Both the position numbers and the translations under genes were made by a program. The notes under the pieces are model-generated. The model was not told the origin of the DNA. It was given only the letters and a program-made list of their open reading frames with translations, and made no database searches. A stretch of 64,000 nt of DNA from Octopus vulgaris (taxonomy: Eukaryota). The stretch is taken from the NCBI GenBank assembly GCA_951406725.2, contig OX597816.1:177444001-177508000 (forward strand), given 5' to 3'. Positions 52,205-64,000 of the stretch are shown here, piece after piece; positions within the stretch are counted from its first letter, which is position 1; every line of letters starts with the position of its first letter.

Positions 52205-52589
52205 CTCGGAGAAAGTTAGAGGTTGTGAATCCAACCCACTAAGGAATAATATATGTCCAATATACTGCTGGTAGAATACCCAATTATTAATACACAAGTG
52301 TTTTTTATTGCATTGCAATTACATTACCTAGTGTACTAAATTGGTGAATGTAAAGAGATATTTTATCATTAATTTATATAGCAATAAGAAAATGGAGGGG
52401 ATCAATAGGTGGTTCATCAACTTTTAGACATTATATTATGTTAACTTATTTATTTACTAAACTGACAATTACAATAATATACATACACGTATAACATATT
52501 ATGCTTTACATATAAGATATAAAATATATTAATATATAAGTATACCAGTAATTATTATAAAATAACATACATGAATATAAATTGGGAAA

Positions 52590-52718
52590 ATAACTTAGAG
52601 CTGTTTCAGCCAAGAGGTAAACATACCTCATTCTACATTTATTACTAAAGTAGACTGAAGTAATAGGTAGATGAAATTGAGGTACTTGGGTGTTTTTCTA
52701 GGCTTCGTCAAAGATTAT
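52590..52718 (-). ncRNA. Type I hammerhead motif with long stem II in a TA-flanked element (~52203-52790)
   Basis: ataatct-TTGACGA-agcc...ggct-GAAA-cagctc-TA-agttat; same stem III type as 20441, two point changes. Confidence 0.6.
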
Positions 52719-52884
52719 AAAGTACATAATGTTAAGCTATAAATAAATATAAATATAAAATAAATAAACATACACACATATTTAAATACTTGTATATATA
52801 TAGATATACATATACATACATATATACATACATATACACATACATACATATATATATATATATATAAGTATATGTATATATGTG

Positions 52885-52921
<37 letters not shown>

Positions 52922-53119
52922 ATGTATATGTATATCTATTTTTATATATATATACGTATGTATATGTATATATATGTATATATATACATATGTATATCTA
53001 TATATTCACTTTCTTTTTATAGCTCGTGTTTCACGTGAAGCGTTTTACCTAATTATTGCAGTTCTTTCTTCTTTTTTTCCATTAATTTCTTTATCACAGT
53101 TAACTTTTCTTCTTTGAAG

Positions 53120-53432
53120 ATCGTGTGACTCTTACAAATGATGTAGTGTTTGAAGGGGTCATAGATGATGGTGTGGTTGACCTGCTAATGCTCCATAGAA
53201 AATTTCTATCTAAGGTGGAGCTGATAACGTTAAAACAAAAGCAAACCGACAATACTGAAATTCCACAACTCCAGTTAAATTGGTTGCAAATGATATTGCT
53301 GTGGAATTGCCGCTGAAACAAGAAGATCTGAAAGTTTTTGGACAGTACAAAGAAACGATGCGCCGTAAACATGAAACAATTTTGGTTAAGTTATTCACCC
53401 CTCGAGCCGACGTTGATGATGGTCAATTATAA
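53120..53432 (+). pseudogene. Exon-like or pseudogene-like coding segment of unknown product
   Basis: Pyrimidine tract + AG at 53118-53119; protein-like text in two frames joined by one shift near 53260; TAA at 53430. Confidence 0.25.
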
Positions 53433-53726
53433 GACAGTATATTGTGTTCCATATTCTTCGAGTGACTGCCATCCCATCATTACGACTATCACCCGCACAG
53501 TAGGCAGCATCTTTTATGGTAAGAACATACTCTACTACGATATTGATATTGGTTTCAACCTTTGGTACAAGGCCAGCAGTTGTTGGGGAAGAAGTAAGTC
53601 GATTACATCGCCCTTGGTGTTTAAGTGGTACTTGTTTTATCGTTCCCGAGGATGAAAGGCAAAGTCGATCTCGGCGGAATACTACAATATGAATATGATT
53701 CTTATTTATTCCCTAACGAATTTCTC

Positions 53727-53778
<52 letters not shown>

Positions 53779-53784
<6 letters not shown>

Positions 53785-54086
53785 TAGATAAACTTAGATA
53801 TGTTTCGACCAAAGATTGGTCCAGGCCATGTCTAACTTAATAGCACCACCTGATAGGATTATTCGGATCCTGTTTAAGTCAAGTTTTGCTTAAGTCAAGT
53901 TTTGTTCAAGTAGTGAGTTCTTGTTGGGTGAGTTGTATCCAATTATGGGTGGCTTATTTGATATTCTTTGAAGGAATCTATCCAGATTCCGTTTAAAGTT
54001 GATGGGATCCTTTTCCTCTTTGATCTCCCTCGGGACAATGTTAAATAGGGCAGGGCCTGTTGAGGAAAAGAAATTATGTAGCAGTG
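53779..54086 (-). mobile_element. CR1-like LINE 3' fragment of another subfamily
   Basis: GPALFNIVP...FKRNLDRFL; variant 3' stem-loop; (TATCTAAGTT)n tail. Confidence 0.75.
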
Positions 54087-54184
54087 TACATGTAATCCAA
54101 ACAAGAAAACAAAAAGACAACAACACGAGGACGTGGAACAAATAAAGTATTATTGGACGCTCAGGAAAGAAGGGAAGAAGGAGG

Positions 54185-54219
54185 GTTTGACGTTTCGAGC
54201 GGAGCTCTTCGTCGGAAAC
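54185..54219 (-). ncRNA. Minimal type I hammerhead within a solo PLE-type repeat (54087-54290)
   Basis: gttt-CCGACGA-a-gagc-tcc-gctc-GAAA-c-GTC-aaac; all stems intact, ACGT palindromic stem III, U4C variant. Confidence 0.72.
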
Positions 54220-54289
54220 ATAGGAGAAGGAAAGGTCCCGAGAAGGGAAGACAGAGGAAAAAAAAATCGCTAGTTATACAAACGAGGTC

Positions 54290-54369
<80 letters not shown>

Positions 54370-56232
54370 ATATATATATATATATTGTACTGTACTTTAT
54401 GATTTCAAAATACATGGGGAAAACTAATTTGCGTTATATGATTTCGTGTCACGGCAAGTTTTTCGCGGGATCCCTGAATTATTTTCTGTCTTTTAACATT
54501 AGCTCATTAACATTTCAGCACTATCTTTTAAATGAAGAATTTTAATAACTATTGCATTCCAGTATATTCTGTCTATAGACGTTGTACGAAATATGATTAT
54601 CTCTCGTTGGGCCCCTTTAACTCTGCATGATTCCTTATCATTGCATGTAGATTTAAATGTGAAGCTTTCTTCCAAGGTAATTGAAACGGAGTACAAATAT
54701 TTTGAAAATCATTTTTCAATGAGAAACTTAATGAATTTGAATCTCAGGGATCTCCTGATCAAGACTCATCTTCCACTCTCATCTCTGAATCTAAAAACTA
54801 TTGTTTGAGATGTCAGTTCAGTATACTTTTAAGTTGTATTTTTTTTTTATCCGGTCTCATATTGTAACCACTCAGGTACATCCGACCCAACCGTCTCTTC
54901 AGCTCTCATTACCCATGTTGCGTCATCCCCCACCCCAGGCCCGAACTAGCCATTACTACATTTTTTTCCTCTCTCTCCGAAACCTCAAGCTTTTGGAGAT
55001 CATCTCTCTACCCACAAAGGTCGTATGACTTGCAGAGTTCATGGCTACTGCTTGTTTCAGAAGCAAATAAAGAAATATGTATGCCTGTGTAAACTCATTA
55101 TACAACAAGTAATTGCGCAATATTCAGAAATATCGAATGTAAAGGGATGAAATGAAATGCTGTTAAATAATTAATACAACTCTGTAACGTTTCTGCCACT
55201 TTACTACTCTCTGAAAATGTTTATATATTAACCAAACTTGTTATTACATTGCGTCGCGATGCTATATGTAATTTAACAGCCCGTTCCGAGCAAGACCGGT
55301 TTTGTTAAATATCGTATTAGTAGTTTTATTGTTGTTTTGACGTCATGTACAGCTGTTTTGTAGAACACACAAGAGTAAACTGAACGAAACCTTACAGTAG
55401 AAACATTAGAAAAGAAAGTTGTGGGAACTGTTAGATAATATCTTATATAAACCTTACACAGTCTATAAAAACAATGATTAAGGAGGGGTAATGAAAGAGA
55501 GTATTCAGACATCACATTTTGGTGTTTATTTAGCTCATTTAGCGCAACAAGAGTGTGTCAAACTTGTTTTCGAAATCATTCTTATAACACCGCTGGCTCA
55601 ATTGATGGCAACAAAATGTATACTGTATATCAACTAATAAATATTGAGATCTATAATCCATTGAAGTTTGTCTATCCTGTGTATCAGAGAGCAATTATTC
55701 TGGCACAGCCCACCATTCTTCAAGTTTCGAGTACTGGAGAAATTGGAAAGTTGCAGTATTTTATAGAACCCGGAAGATGAACAGCAAAGTTGACTTTTTG
55801 CCGCATTTGACCTTAAAAAAGGTAGGTAGCCGAAGCAAATGCTACAAAGAATCTACTAATTCTGTCAATTTAATCATAATTGTTTCGCCTTTTTTGCTGT
55901 ACTTTATTTTGTGGACCTGAAAAGAGTCGGAACAAATAACGCAAAGCATTTGTCCGATCAATGGTGCCAATCTGTCAATAATATTCTTTTCTTATTCACC
56001 AAATAAAAAGATGGCGAGCTAGCCGAATCGTTAGCACGCCGAGCTCGAAAAATAAGTTCCAGTTGGACTCTGGGGTCGATGTAATTAACTTACCTCCACC
56101 TCTAAAATTACTAACCTTATTGCCAAAATTCGAAACTATTCTTTACCATAAAGGAGTACCCGTATATTCTAACAAGGTGTTAAGAAAAGAGTTTACAAGA
56201 TGCTTGGTGGATTTCCACACATAGTAAATATA

Positions 56233-56575
56233 AAGCAAGATCACTCAGAGGGCGCAAATAACCGCCAAGACGACACTGACGTCACATAAACTGACGTCAC
56301 ATTAGCCAGAGATGATTTTTAAGATGAGAATATCTGAAATAAACTTGACTGCTCTCACAAACGAGAATACTAAAAAGGAATTTACTTTTAAATTAAGTAA
56401 AAGAAAAACCTGGAAAAATAATCCAGAATCCTTGTTCGATACCAGATCGATCCCTAAATCCAATCAGTTTGTGCCAGTCACAAGGCCAGACATCCCTGAA
56501 AGTTTCAACCGAATCCATCCAGCGGTTCTTGAGATATCTTGTCTAAAGACAAACAAACAAGCACGACTGAAAACA
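56233..56575 (+). mobile_element. Possible Helentron/HINE-like non-autonomous element
   Basis: General resemblance only (AGCAAGATCACTCAGAG start, AAGTTTCAACCGAATCC block, ACAAACAAAC tract); termini not resolved. Confidence 0.35.
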
Positions 56576-57179
56576 GATATCGAAGCAATAAAAATTAACA
56601 CAAATAAAGAATTATTCATTTACATAAATACAAATACAACGGTAACATGAAACTAATGCAAACATGGACGCGAAGCTGTCACCAAGTTGTTTGAATACCC
56701 CATCAATCCGACAGCGTTTTGCTTCTGGTACTGGAACTTGATACATGCCAAAGTACGCGCGAGCCCACGTTTTCTGAGCGGGGCTTCTTTTGATGATGAT
56801 CAAGGGTATAGATTTTATTAATTGTGTATCATCTGATCGCCTTATAAAATCTGATCATATTTCCTCCTCTTCAGACAGCACAACGGATTCTTCGACTTTC
56901 TTTAAGACCTTCATTAGTTCTATCAGGATTCATTGGTCCTTCGCACAGCACCTACACTCATCCGGTAATGGTCTCCTATTTACACGTTTTACACGTTGCG
57001 GCTTTGGACTTACTTCTTTTGTGTGGTATCCACAACCCTTTTTTTTTTGCCCCCTGCACAGTATGTGTAGTCTCACTAGCTTCCAATTTCTATCCTCCCC
57101 CGTCATCCTGCGACAGTGAAAGGATGCTAGTGAGAAGGTTCAATGGCTTTTTGAATGTCGGCTTGCACTCTATACAAGG

Positions 57180-57560
57180 CCATATTTTCAACTCTCCATG
57201 GAGCTGCCTCTGATATTGCTCTTGGTATTAACAATTTATGAGACCTGGTGCTGTCTCTTTTGGTTTCTCTTGCGTTCATTCTTCTTTTGAATTTCCAGCT
57301 CTTCTGGACAAAAACCCCACACATATAACAGCTCGACTTCTACAGCCAATCTACATACTTTCTCTTCAACCCCGTAATTGAGTATAGCTTTGGAATGCCT
57401 TTGCTTTTTTTTTCTGGGACAGAAATTGCATGTACGTATAAACTCCCAGCTCTTGGTTGCCATTGTTTTTTTTTTTTTTAGCATCAGAAATTGCATATCC
57501 GTAAAACCCACCACTCGAGTACGCATTATGTAGTTTTGCCAACCCGCCAACTACCTGTAT
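57180..57560 (-). mobile_element. Very decayed RLE-type LINE C-terminus
   Basis: K..Y..L, AVEV..GFVQKS and AISEAA fragments across frames parallel the HERO-like C-terminus at 10461-10793. Confidence 0.35.
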
Positions 57561-57699
57561 TATGAGGCAAAGGCGCGAACGAGCCAAGATCAAAGCTATT
57601 TTCAATGTACTTGGTAGTGACTCATTATTTTGCCTTCCTCCATACTGCGACTATAAGGGCACTTTATAGCTTTGAATTCATTTTGTTCCGAGAGTTAAA

Positions 57700-58098
57700 G
57701 GAGGGGGTTATGTCGATTACATCAACACCAGTACATGACTGGTCTTTTATTCTATGGAACTAGAATGGATAAAATGCAAAATTGACTTTGGCGGGATTTC
57801 AATTCAGAAAAATGACGCTAAGAATTTTGTCCCACGTGTGAACGTTTCTCCCACCTCGCTACCTAACAACAATGACAATGGCTTAGAATTTTGACACAAG
57901 GCCAGAAATTTTAGGGGAGCGACTAACTCGACTACATCGACCCTAATTCTCAACTGGTATTTACTTCATCGACATCGAAAGGATGAGAGGCAAAATTGAC
58001 GTCGATGGTATTTGAAAGCAGAACATAAAAAGCCGGAAGAAATACTGCCGTTAGTGAATCGGTGAAAATCACCGATTCACTAACGGCTCTGCCGGCTC
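57700..58098 (-). mobile_element. Two tandem SINE family B copies
   Basis: TCGACTACATCGAC...ACTGGTA...GAAAGGATGAGAGGCAAA blocks repeated. Confidence 0.7.
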
Positions 58099-58139
58099 TT
58101 ATAATAATAATAATAATTATAACAATAATGATAATAATA

Positions 58140-61100
58140 CAGAGGAAATAATTATAGACCAGCCCAGGGCTGATAAAAACGAAGTAAGGATTGAAAGAGT
58201 TAGCATAAGTGATAGGCAAAGTGAAATACTCCCTGAACCAATCATAAACACTAAGACAGATGAACATCAAATAGATAAAGAAAGTCACACAAATATTGAC
58301 CCAACAGAACTACATAAGCTAAAAAATCAAATCATGATTGAATGGCTGAAAATTAAAGAAACCAGCATGGATGAACGTGATACACTTCCTAAAATCTGCA
58401 ACTCTAACCAAAACATGAAAATAATTGGTAAAATCCGGCTTGCACTTAAGGATATAATTTCAGCTAATGATGTTGATATCACAAACCTCAACCACCTATA
58501 CTATGCATCCGCGAAAATCTCAACGATCCTATGTGGTGAAAAGATTAGAAAACGGCAACATTCCCACAAAAAGCCTTCTTGGCAAGAGCGTCTGCAACAA
58601 CAAATTAAAATATTTAGATCTGACATTGAATATTTGAAAAACCTTAAGGCTCACAAGACTACCAAACCTACAAAAACCCAAAAATTACAGAAAAAATACA
58701 ATATGAAAACTATACTTGATATTGATGCCACCATAGAAACCATCAAACAAAAGGTATCTACCAAAGCTGCCCGCATAGCGAGGTATGAAAAGCGTGTTAG
58801 ATTTTTCAAGGACAACATGTTCAAAAATAACCCCAAGAATTTTTACAGGAAGATAGGAAAAACAGCGTTAACTGCAAGGTCTGTATCATCAAAAGAAGAA
58901 GTGCAGGGATTTTGGAATAAAATCTGGGCAGAAGAAAAAATACACAACGAAAAGGCCCCCTGGATTGACAGAATATCTACAGAACTGGACCCCTTAGAAG
59001 AGCAAAAGTGGGAGGGTGTCAAGGTAGAAGATATAAGATCTGCTCTCAGGAGGTCAAGCAAATGGAAGTCTCCAGGAAAGGATAACATTCCTAACTTCTG
59101 GTTGAATGCCTTCCCAGAGAGCCATGAACTGCTAACAGAACTTTACAATGATGTTTTGCAACACCCTAGTAGGATGTCTCCTTGGCTAGTTAATGGGTTA
59201 ACATTCCTGCTTCCAAAAAGTGAAGAAAACAAATGAACCAAAAAACTATAGACCCATAACCTGCTTAACAACTATGCACAAAACACTAATATCTGTCCTG
59301 ACGGAATATACCTATAGTTTTTTAACAGACAGCAGCATATTCCCTAATGAACAGAAAGGATGTAAACGTGGATCCTACGGTTGTAAAGATCAACTACTCA
59401 TCAATAAGATGATCTTAGAAGATTGTCACAAACGACACAAAAACTTATCAATAGCCTGGATAGACTATAAAAAGGCTTTTGATAGCCTACCACATAGCTG
59501 GATTAAGAAATGCCTGGAAATGTATAAAATAGCACCTACTCTGCGAAACTTTTTGTCAGTAAGTATGAGATCATGGAGAACCACACTAACTTTGAACAGT
59601 GACAATGAATCTCTAAATGCTGGTGATGTAAAAATTTAATGTGGCATTTTCCAGGGTGACTCACTATCATCACTTCTCTTTTGTTTAGCCTTAACACCTC
59701 TCTCAAAACTGCTCAATGAGCGCAGTACGGATATAAAATGTTTGATAAAAATATAAATCATTTACATGGATGATTTAAACCTCTTTGCAAAAAATTACCA
59801 ACAACTCCTAACGATTGTCAAACAATTCAGTGATGACATCAGAATGCAATTTGGCCTCGATAAATGTGCAAAAGCTACCTTTATCAAAGGAAAAATGACA
59901 GAAACATCTAACGTTAACCTTGACCAGCAGAATGTCATAAAAGAATTAGACCCAGCGGAGAGCTACAAGTACCTAGGGATAATTGAAGGGGACGGAATAA
60001 GGTATTCAGAGATGAAGGAAAGGATCAGGAGAGAATGTTATCGCAGAGTAAGAGAAATACTCAAGAGAGAGCTGAATGCGAGAAACAGGATCGAAGCGAT
60101 CAATGCATTAGCCATACCAGTCGTGACTTACAGTTTCAATATCGTTAACTGGTCAATTACTGAAATATGTAATCTTGACAGAAAAATACGTAAACTGTTA
60201 ACAATGCATAGAATGCACCACCCTAAGGCAGCTATAGAACGACTTTATCTGCCAAGAAAAGAGGGAGGCCGTGGACTCTTACAACTGGCAATAACAATGA
60301 AAATTGCTACAATTGGGTCTAGACACCTACCTGAAAAATTCTAAGGACTGGATGTTAAAACTTGTCTCAAAACAAGAAAACAAGAAAGCATCATACTCAG
60401 TCACAAAACAGGCAAAGGAATATCTAAGTGAATTCCGAATACAACAAATTTCGAAATTAGAGATAGATATACAAGAAACAAGCACAGAAAAAGCTAAGCG
60501 CATGAAAACCCGTGCTAAAACTGCGGCCTTAGGTATTCTGAATGATAAATGGCAAGAAAAACCTCTCTATAACAAATACCCAAAGAGAGCGAATAATGCA
60601 GATGTTGACAAAGCCCTGACCCATCAATGGCTAATGGCCCCTGGCTTAAAATCTGAAACAGAGGGATTTATCATAACATCTCAAGATCAATGCCTATCAA
60701 CAAGAAACTACCAGGCCAACATATTAAAGAACGGCAGTAGCCCAACATGTCGCGTATGTCAACAACAAAATGAAACCATTGATCATATCTCCAAGTGCAG
60801 TCTTCTTGCGCCAACAGAGTATCTCAACAGGCACGATAGAGCTGCACAGTATATACACCGGGTAATTTGCAAAAACTTGGATTTGCCCCATGAAAAAAAC
60901 TGGTGGGAACACAAACCACCTCCAGTGCTTGAAAATGACCACACCTCACTCCTCTGGAACTTCCCCATTCAAACTGACAGAAAGACAGATGCGAATAGGC
61001 CAGACATCGTATTGAAAGACTTCAGACAAAAATCATGCCTCCTCATTGATATGACTGTCCCAATCGATATAAACGTATCTGTCAAGACCTACCAAAAACT

Positions 61101-61573
61101 GAGCAAATATAAAGATCTTGAAATAGTAATCAGCAAAATGTACAATCTGAAGACTAAAACAATACCTGTTGTCATAGGTGCCCTGGGAATGATAGCGAAA
61201 GGGGCTAATTGCTACCTAGCTCAGATACCAGGAAACCCTAAAATGGACGAAATTCAAAAGATAGTGCTCATGGGAACTGCTCATATCCTACGCAAAATAC
61301 TTTCTATGTAATCTCAAGGTTTAAAACAAACATAATTTTCTTATGGTTTCTTAAACATTCTCTAGAACAATACTATGTACAAAACCAAATATATGGCACC
61401 CTAGGCATAACAGCAACATGAACTTCCAGCTTGTTGTCTCTTGAGGTCTCTGGGTGAGACTTGGAGCCAACTTGTACAAATGTAAAACAAAAGTCAAACA
61501 TATAATAATAATAACAACAACAACAACAACAACAACGACAATAACAACAACAATAATAATAATAATAATAATG

Positions 61574-61646
<73 letters not shown>

Positions 61647-61647
61647 T
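58140..61647 (+). mobile_element. R4/Dong-like RLE non-LTR retrotransposon, frameshifted, inserted in (TAA)n
   Basis: WKSPGKD, YRPITCL, EQKGC, WIDYKKAFDSLPHSW, GIFQGDSLS, YMDDL, CRVC..ETIDH, NRPDIV..LIDMTVP..K..KY; (TAA)n on both sides. Confidence 0.92.
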
Positions 61648-62092
61648 CCTTTCTGGTATAGATACAAGGCCTGAGATTTGGAGGGAGGGCATAGTGCTCG
61701 ACTAGTCCCTATTACATGGAAAGGATGAAAGGCAATAATACCTATTTTAAGCGAGTTGAAGTTTAAACACTGATATAGATGAGGTGGGTATTGATTATGC
61801 AATAAGATCCAGCGATCCTCTATTTTCAATTTCCAAACCATTTGAGCAATTATTAGTGCTTCACGTCAAGAAGGTAAAATTTGAACAATTATCATAATAT
61901 GATCCATCGATTTGATAAAGCATTAACTTTTTGCCTTTAAAATAGAAGACAAGTGTTGAGTGTACTTTTAAATATTCATATTATTTTGTTTGTAGCTCAT
62001 AAAAGCTCAAATGCTTTAAATCTTTTCAATGATTTTTATAGTTTATGGAATGATTTATTTGCTAACAAAAACTATTTACTTGTGAAATATGA

Positions 62093-62855
62093 GGATCATT
62101 TCTGTTCGACTGCCAGTGGCTGCCAGCGTCGATTTTCTGTTTGAATTGATTTCATATTCAGTGCAATGATACATTTTTATAGGCTGATTAATGACGTGAA
62201 AGTAATTTTCGCTGTAAATCAATAAATAAAGAGTTATTAGTAATTAAAGTTTGAAAATTTTGGTAATTTAGCCAATCGGAAGCCACAGACACATTCATGT
62301 CTGTTTCAATAGTAACAAGCTGAAACATGAGAACTCTTTGAAAAGTCTACGAAGCACGTGTTGATAGCAGTCTTGTTTACTGGTTTCTTTTTGTCATTGA
62401 GCATTGAGGTAGTTGTGAGGTATGCTAAGAATAACAGCTAAATAAGATTTTTTTCGATAAATCTTTTAAATTAAAGTTTATTTGCCAACGCAAATAACGC
62501 TCAGAGATTTAAAACTATTTTTCTCTTTTAAATTAACATAAACACTTATTTACATGAAAGAAAATTACCAGTGACATAACACATGTTTACAAATATTGAC
62601 AACACCTACTATTTTCAGTATGTTGACGACCAAATATGCAGTCACGCACAAAATGACAGCTTCCAAATCCTGTTTCCTGACTGGGTGAAAATGATCAAAA
62701 TTTAAACCTTTATAACATTTTAAAAACATTTTTCTGGAAAAAATGAAATAACACCAGCAATTCAGTTTTTGCAAGTGTACTATTGAGCCAAATTTTAAAA
62801 TTTTCAGTAAACTTTAATTTTTTTGAGCAGCTGGTAACCAAACAAGAAAAGATCC
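62093..62855. mobile_element. Older Merlin-like MITE related to 7081 and 8050
   Basis: Ends GGATCATTTC...GAAAAGATCC; TSD AAATATGA / GAATATGA (7 of 8); internal AATTTAGCCAATC motif shared with the other two. Confidence 0.7.
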
Positions 62856-63059
62856 GAATATGAAAATAATATTTGGACAAAACTTTGCAGAATATAGTAG
62901 TCTGAACTACGAGTAAATTCTCATTTAATGTTTATATTGCCGTAAGTATTGAAAAAATATCGTCAAAGTGATCCTGTCAAAAAGATATACCATATGGAAA
63001 TATATTGTTTATTCAAAGTGTTAAATCTGAAAGATTCACACAAAGAAACAGGAAAGAAG

Positions 63060-63282
63060 AGATAGGAGAAAGGAAAAAAAGAAAAGGAAAGAAAAAGTTT
63101 GTGGGGAGGGGGATAAAGCAGCGGAAGTTGGAGTGGTTGAAAGGCTACATATCCGAGTGGGTGCTCAGCTGTCCCCCGCATTAATGACCGCGATGGCTTT
63201 ACCGTGAAGAATGGCCAGCGACACTCGCTGCAGCAGCCACTCCACCTCGTGGGGCTCTTTTCTCCGACGGGCCGCCGAACAC
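63060..63282 (-). mobile_element. CRE-like LINE extreme 3' fragment
   Basis: EPHEVEWLLQRVSLAILHGKAIAV resembles the QRLS-A--RGNA C-terminal motif of CRE-type elements. Confidence 0.5.
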
Positions 63283-64000
63283 AGAATTAAGGTTATATTC
63301 TTTACGTATTATTACATTATCCGTTCTTCATTCAATGATCCACCAGTTATCAATCCTAGAATTTCTTTCTCATCATAGTATAACACAACCACTTTTTTAA
63401 AAATACAGAATGAAATCATGAAATTTCAGTTATCCACAATCATATTATTCTGCATTTGATTCAATTTTCTAGACCCACCCATAATTCCAACTGTGTTTAT
63501 TTTTAGCCAATAGTTACTGGTAAAAATTCCCTATTTGCGTCAATGGTTACATTGATCAAGCACTACATTTCATTACATCAGCAAATACACAGCCTACTGC
63601 TTCTATTTATTTTCTAAGTATTATCAAAACTGCATTAAGAAGACATTGAATCATGCTACAGTAATGATATATTTCTTTCTTTAACACCCTCTTAAAATGG
63701 CATATACCTAAGAAATACTTATCATTTCCATCACTAGGGTTACAGCTTTTAGATCTCTGTTCCCTGAAGATTCATAAGAAAACCATTGATTTAATCAACA
63801 GATCTTTGTTGATTACAAAATTTGAAACGTTGGCTTCTTGTGTCATTTGTATATTTCTTGTTTCGAATGTATAACAAACTGATTGTTTTACAATCGAACA
63901 TACAGTGACTTACACTCACATGACACTTCGTATTCGTCAGCAACCGATCCAGCAACTGATAAACTTTTAAATATTCCAAGACCAGAAGTTAAAATTCTTA

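Overview
AT-rich eukaryotic DNA made almost entirely of transposons and microsatellites. The repeat vocabulary suggests a cephalopod (octopus-like) genome, which is an inference. No intact host gene is supportable; one exon-like segment lies at ~53.1-53.4 kb, and most ORFs in the track are translations of (TA)n/(CA)n/(GATA)n/CT-rich repeats. Contents: two tRNA-derived SINE families; six CR1-like LINE copies or fragments; RLE-type LINEs (HERO-like, R4/Dong-like in a (TAA)n tract, CRE-like fragment); two Penelope-like element (PLE) fragments; non-autonomous Helitrons; and three Merlin-like MITEs with 8-bp TSDs, two carrying TTAGGG repeats. Main candidate systems: (1) a heterogeneous set of short (TA)n-embedded, often fold-back elements carrying type I hammerhead ribozyme motifs with self-complementary stem III (about ten intact or decayed motifs in 64 kb); (2) a U_UUU_UUR slippery site at the ORF1/ORF2 overlap of three diverged CR1-like copies, suggesting -1 ribosomal frameshifting; (3) a covarying 3' stem-loop shared by the SINE and four CR1 subfamilies; (4) a partial HDV-like ribozyme at the head of an RTE-like element. 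All structures were read by eye; some element boundaries are approximate.
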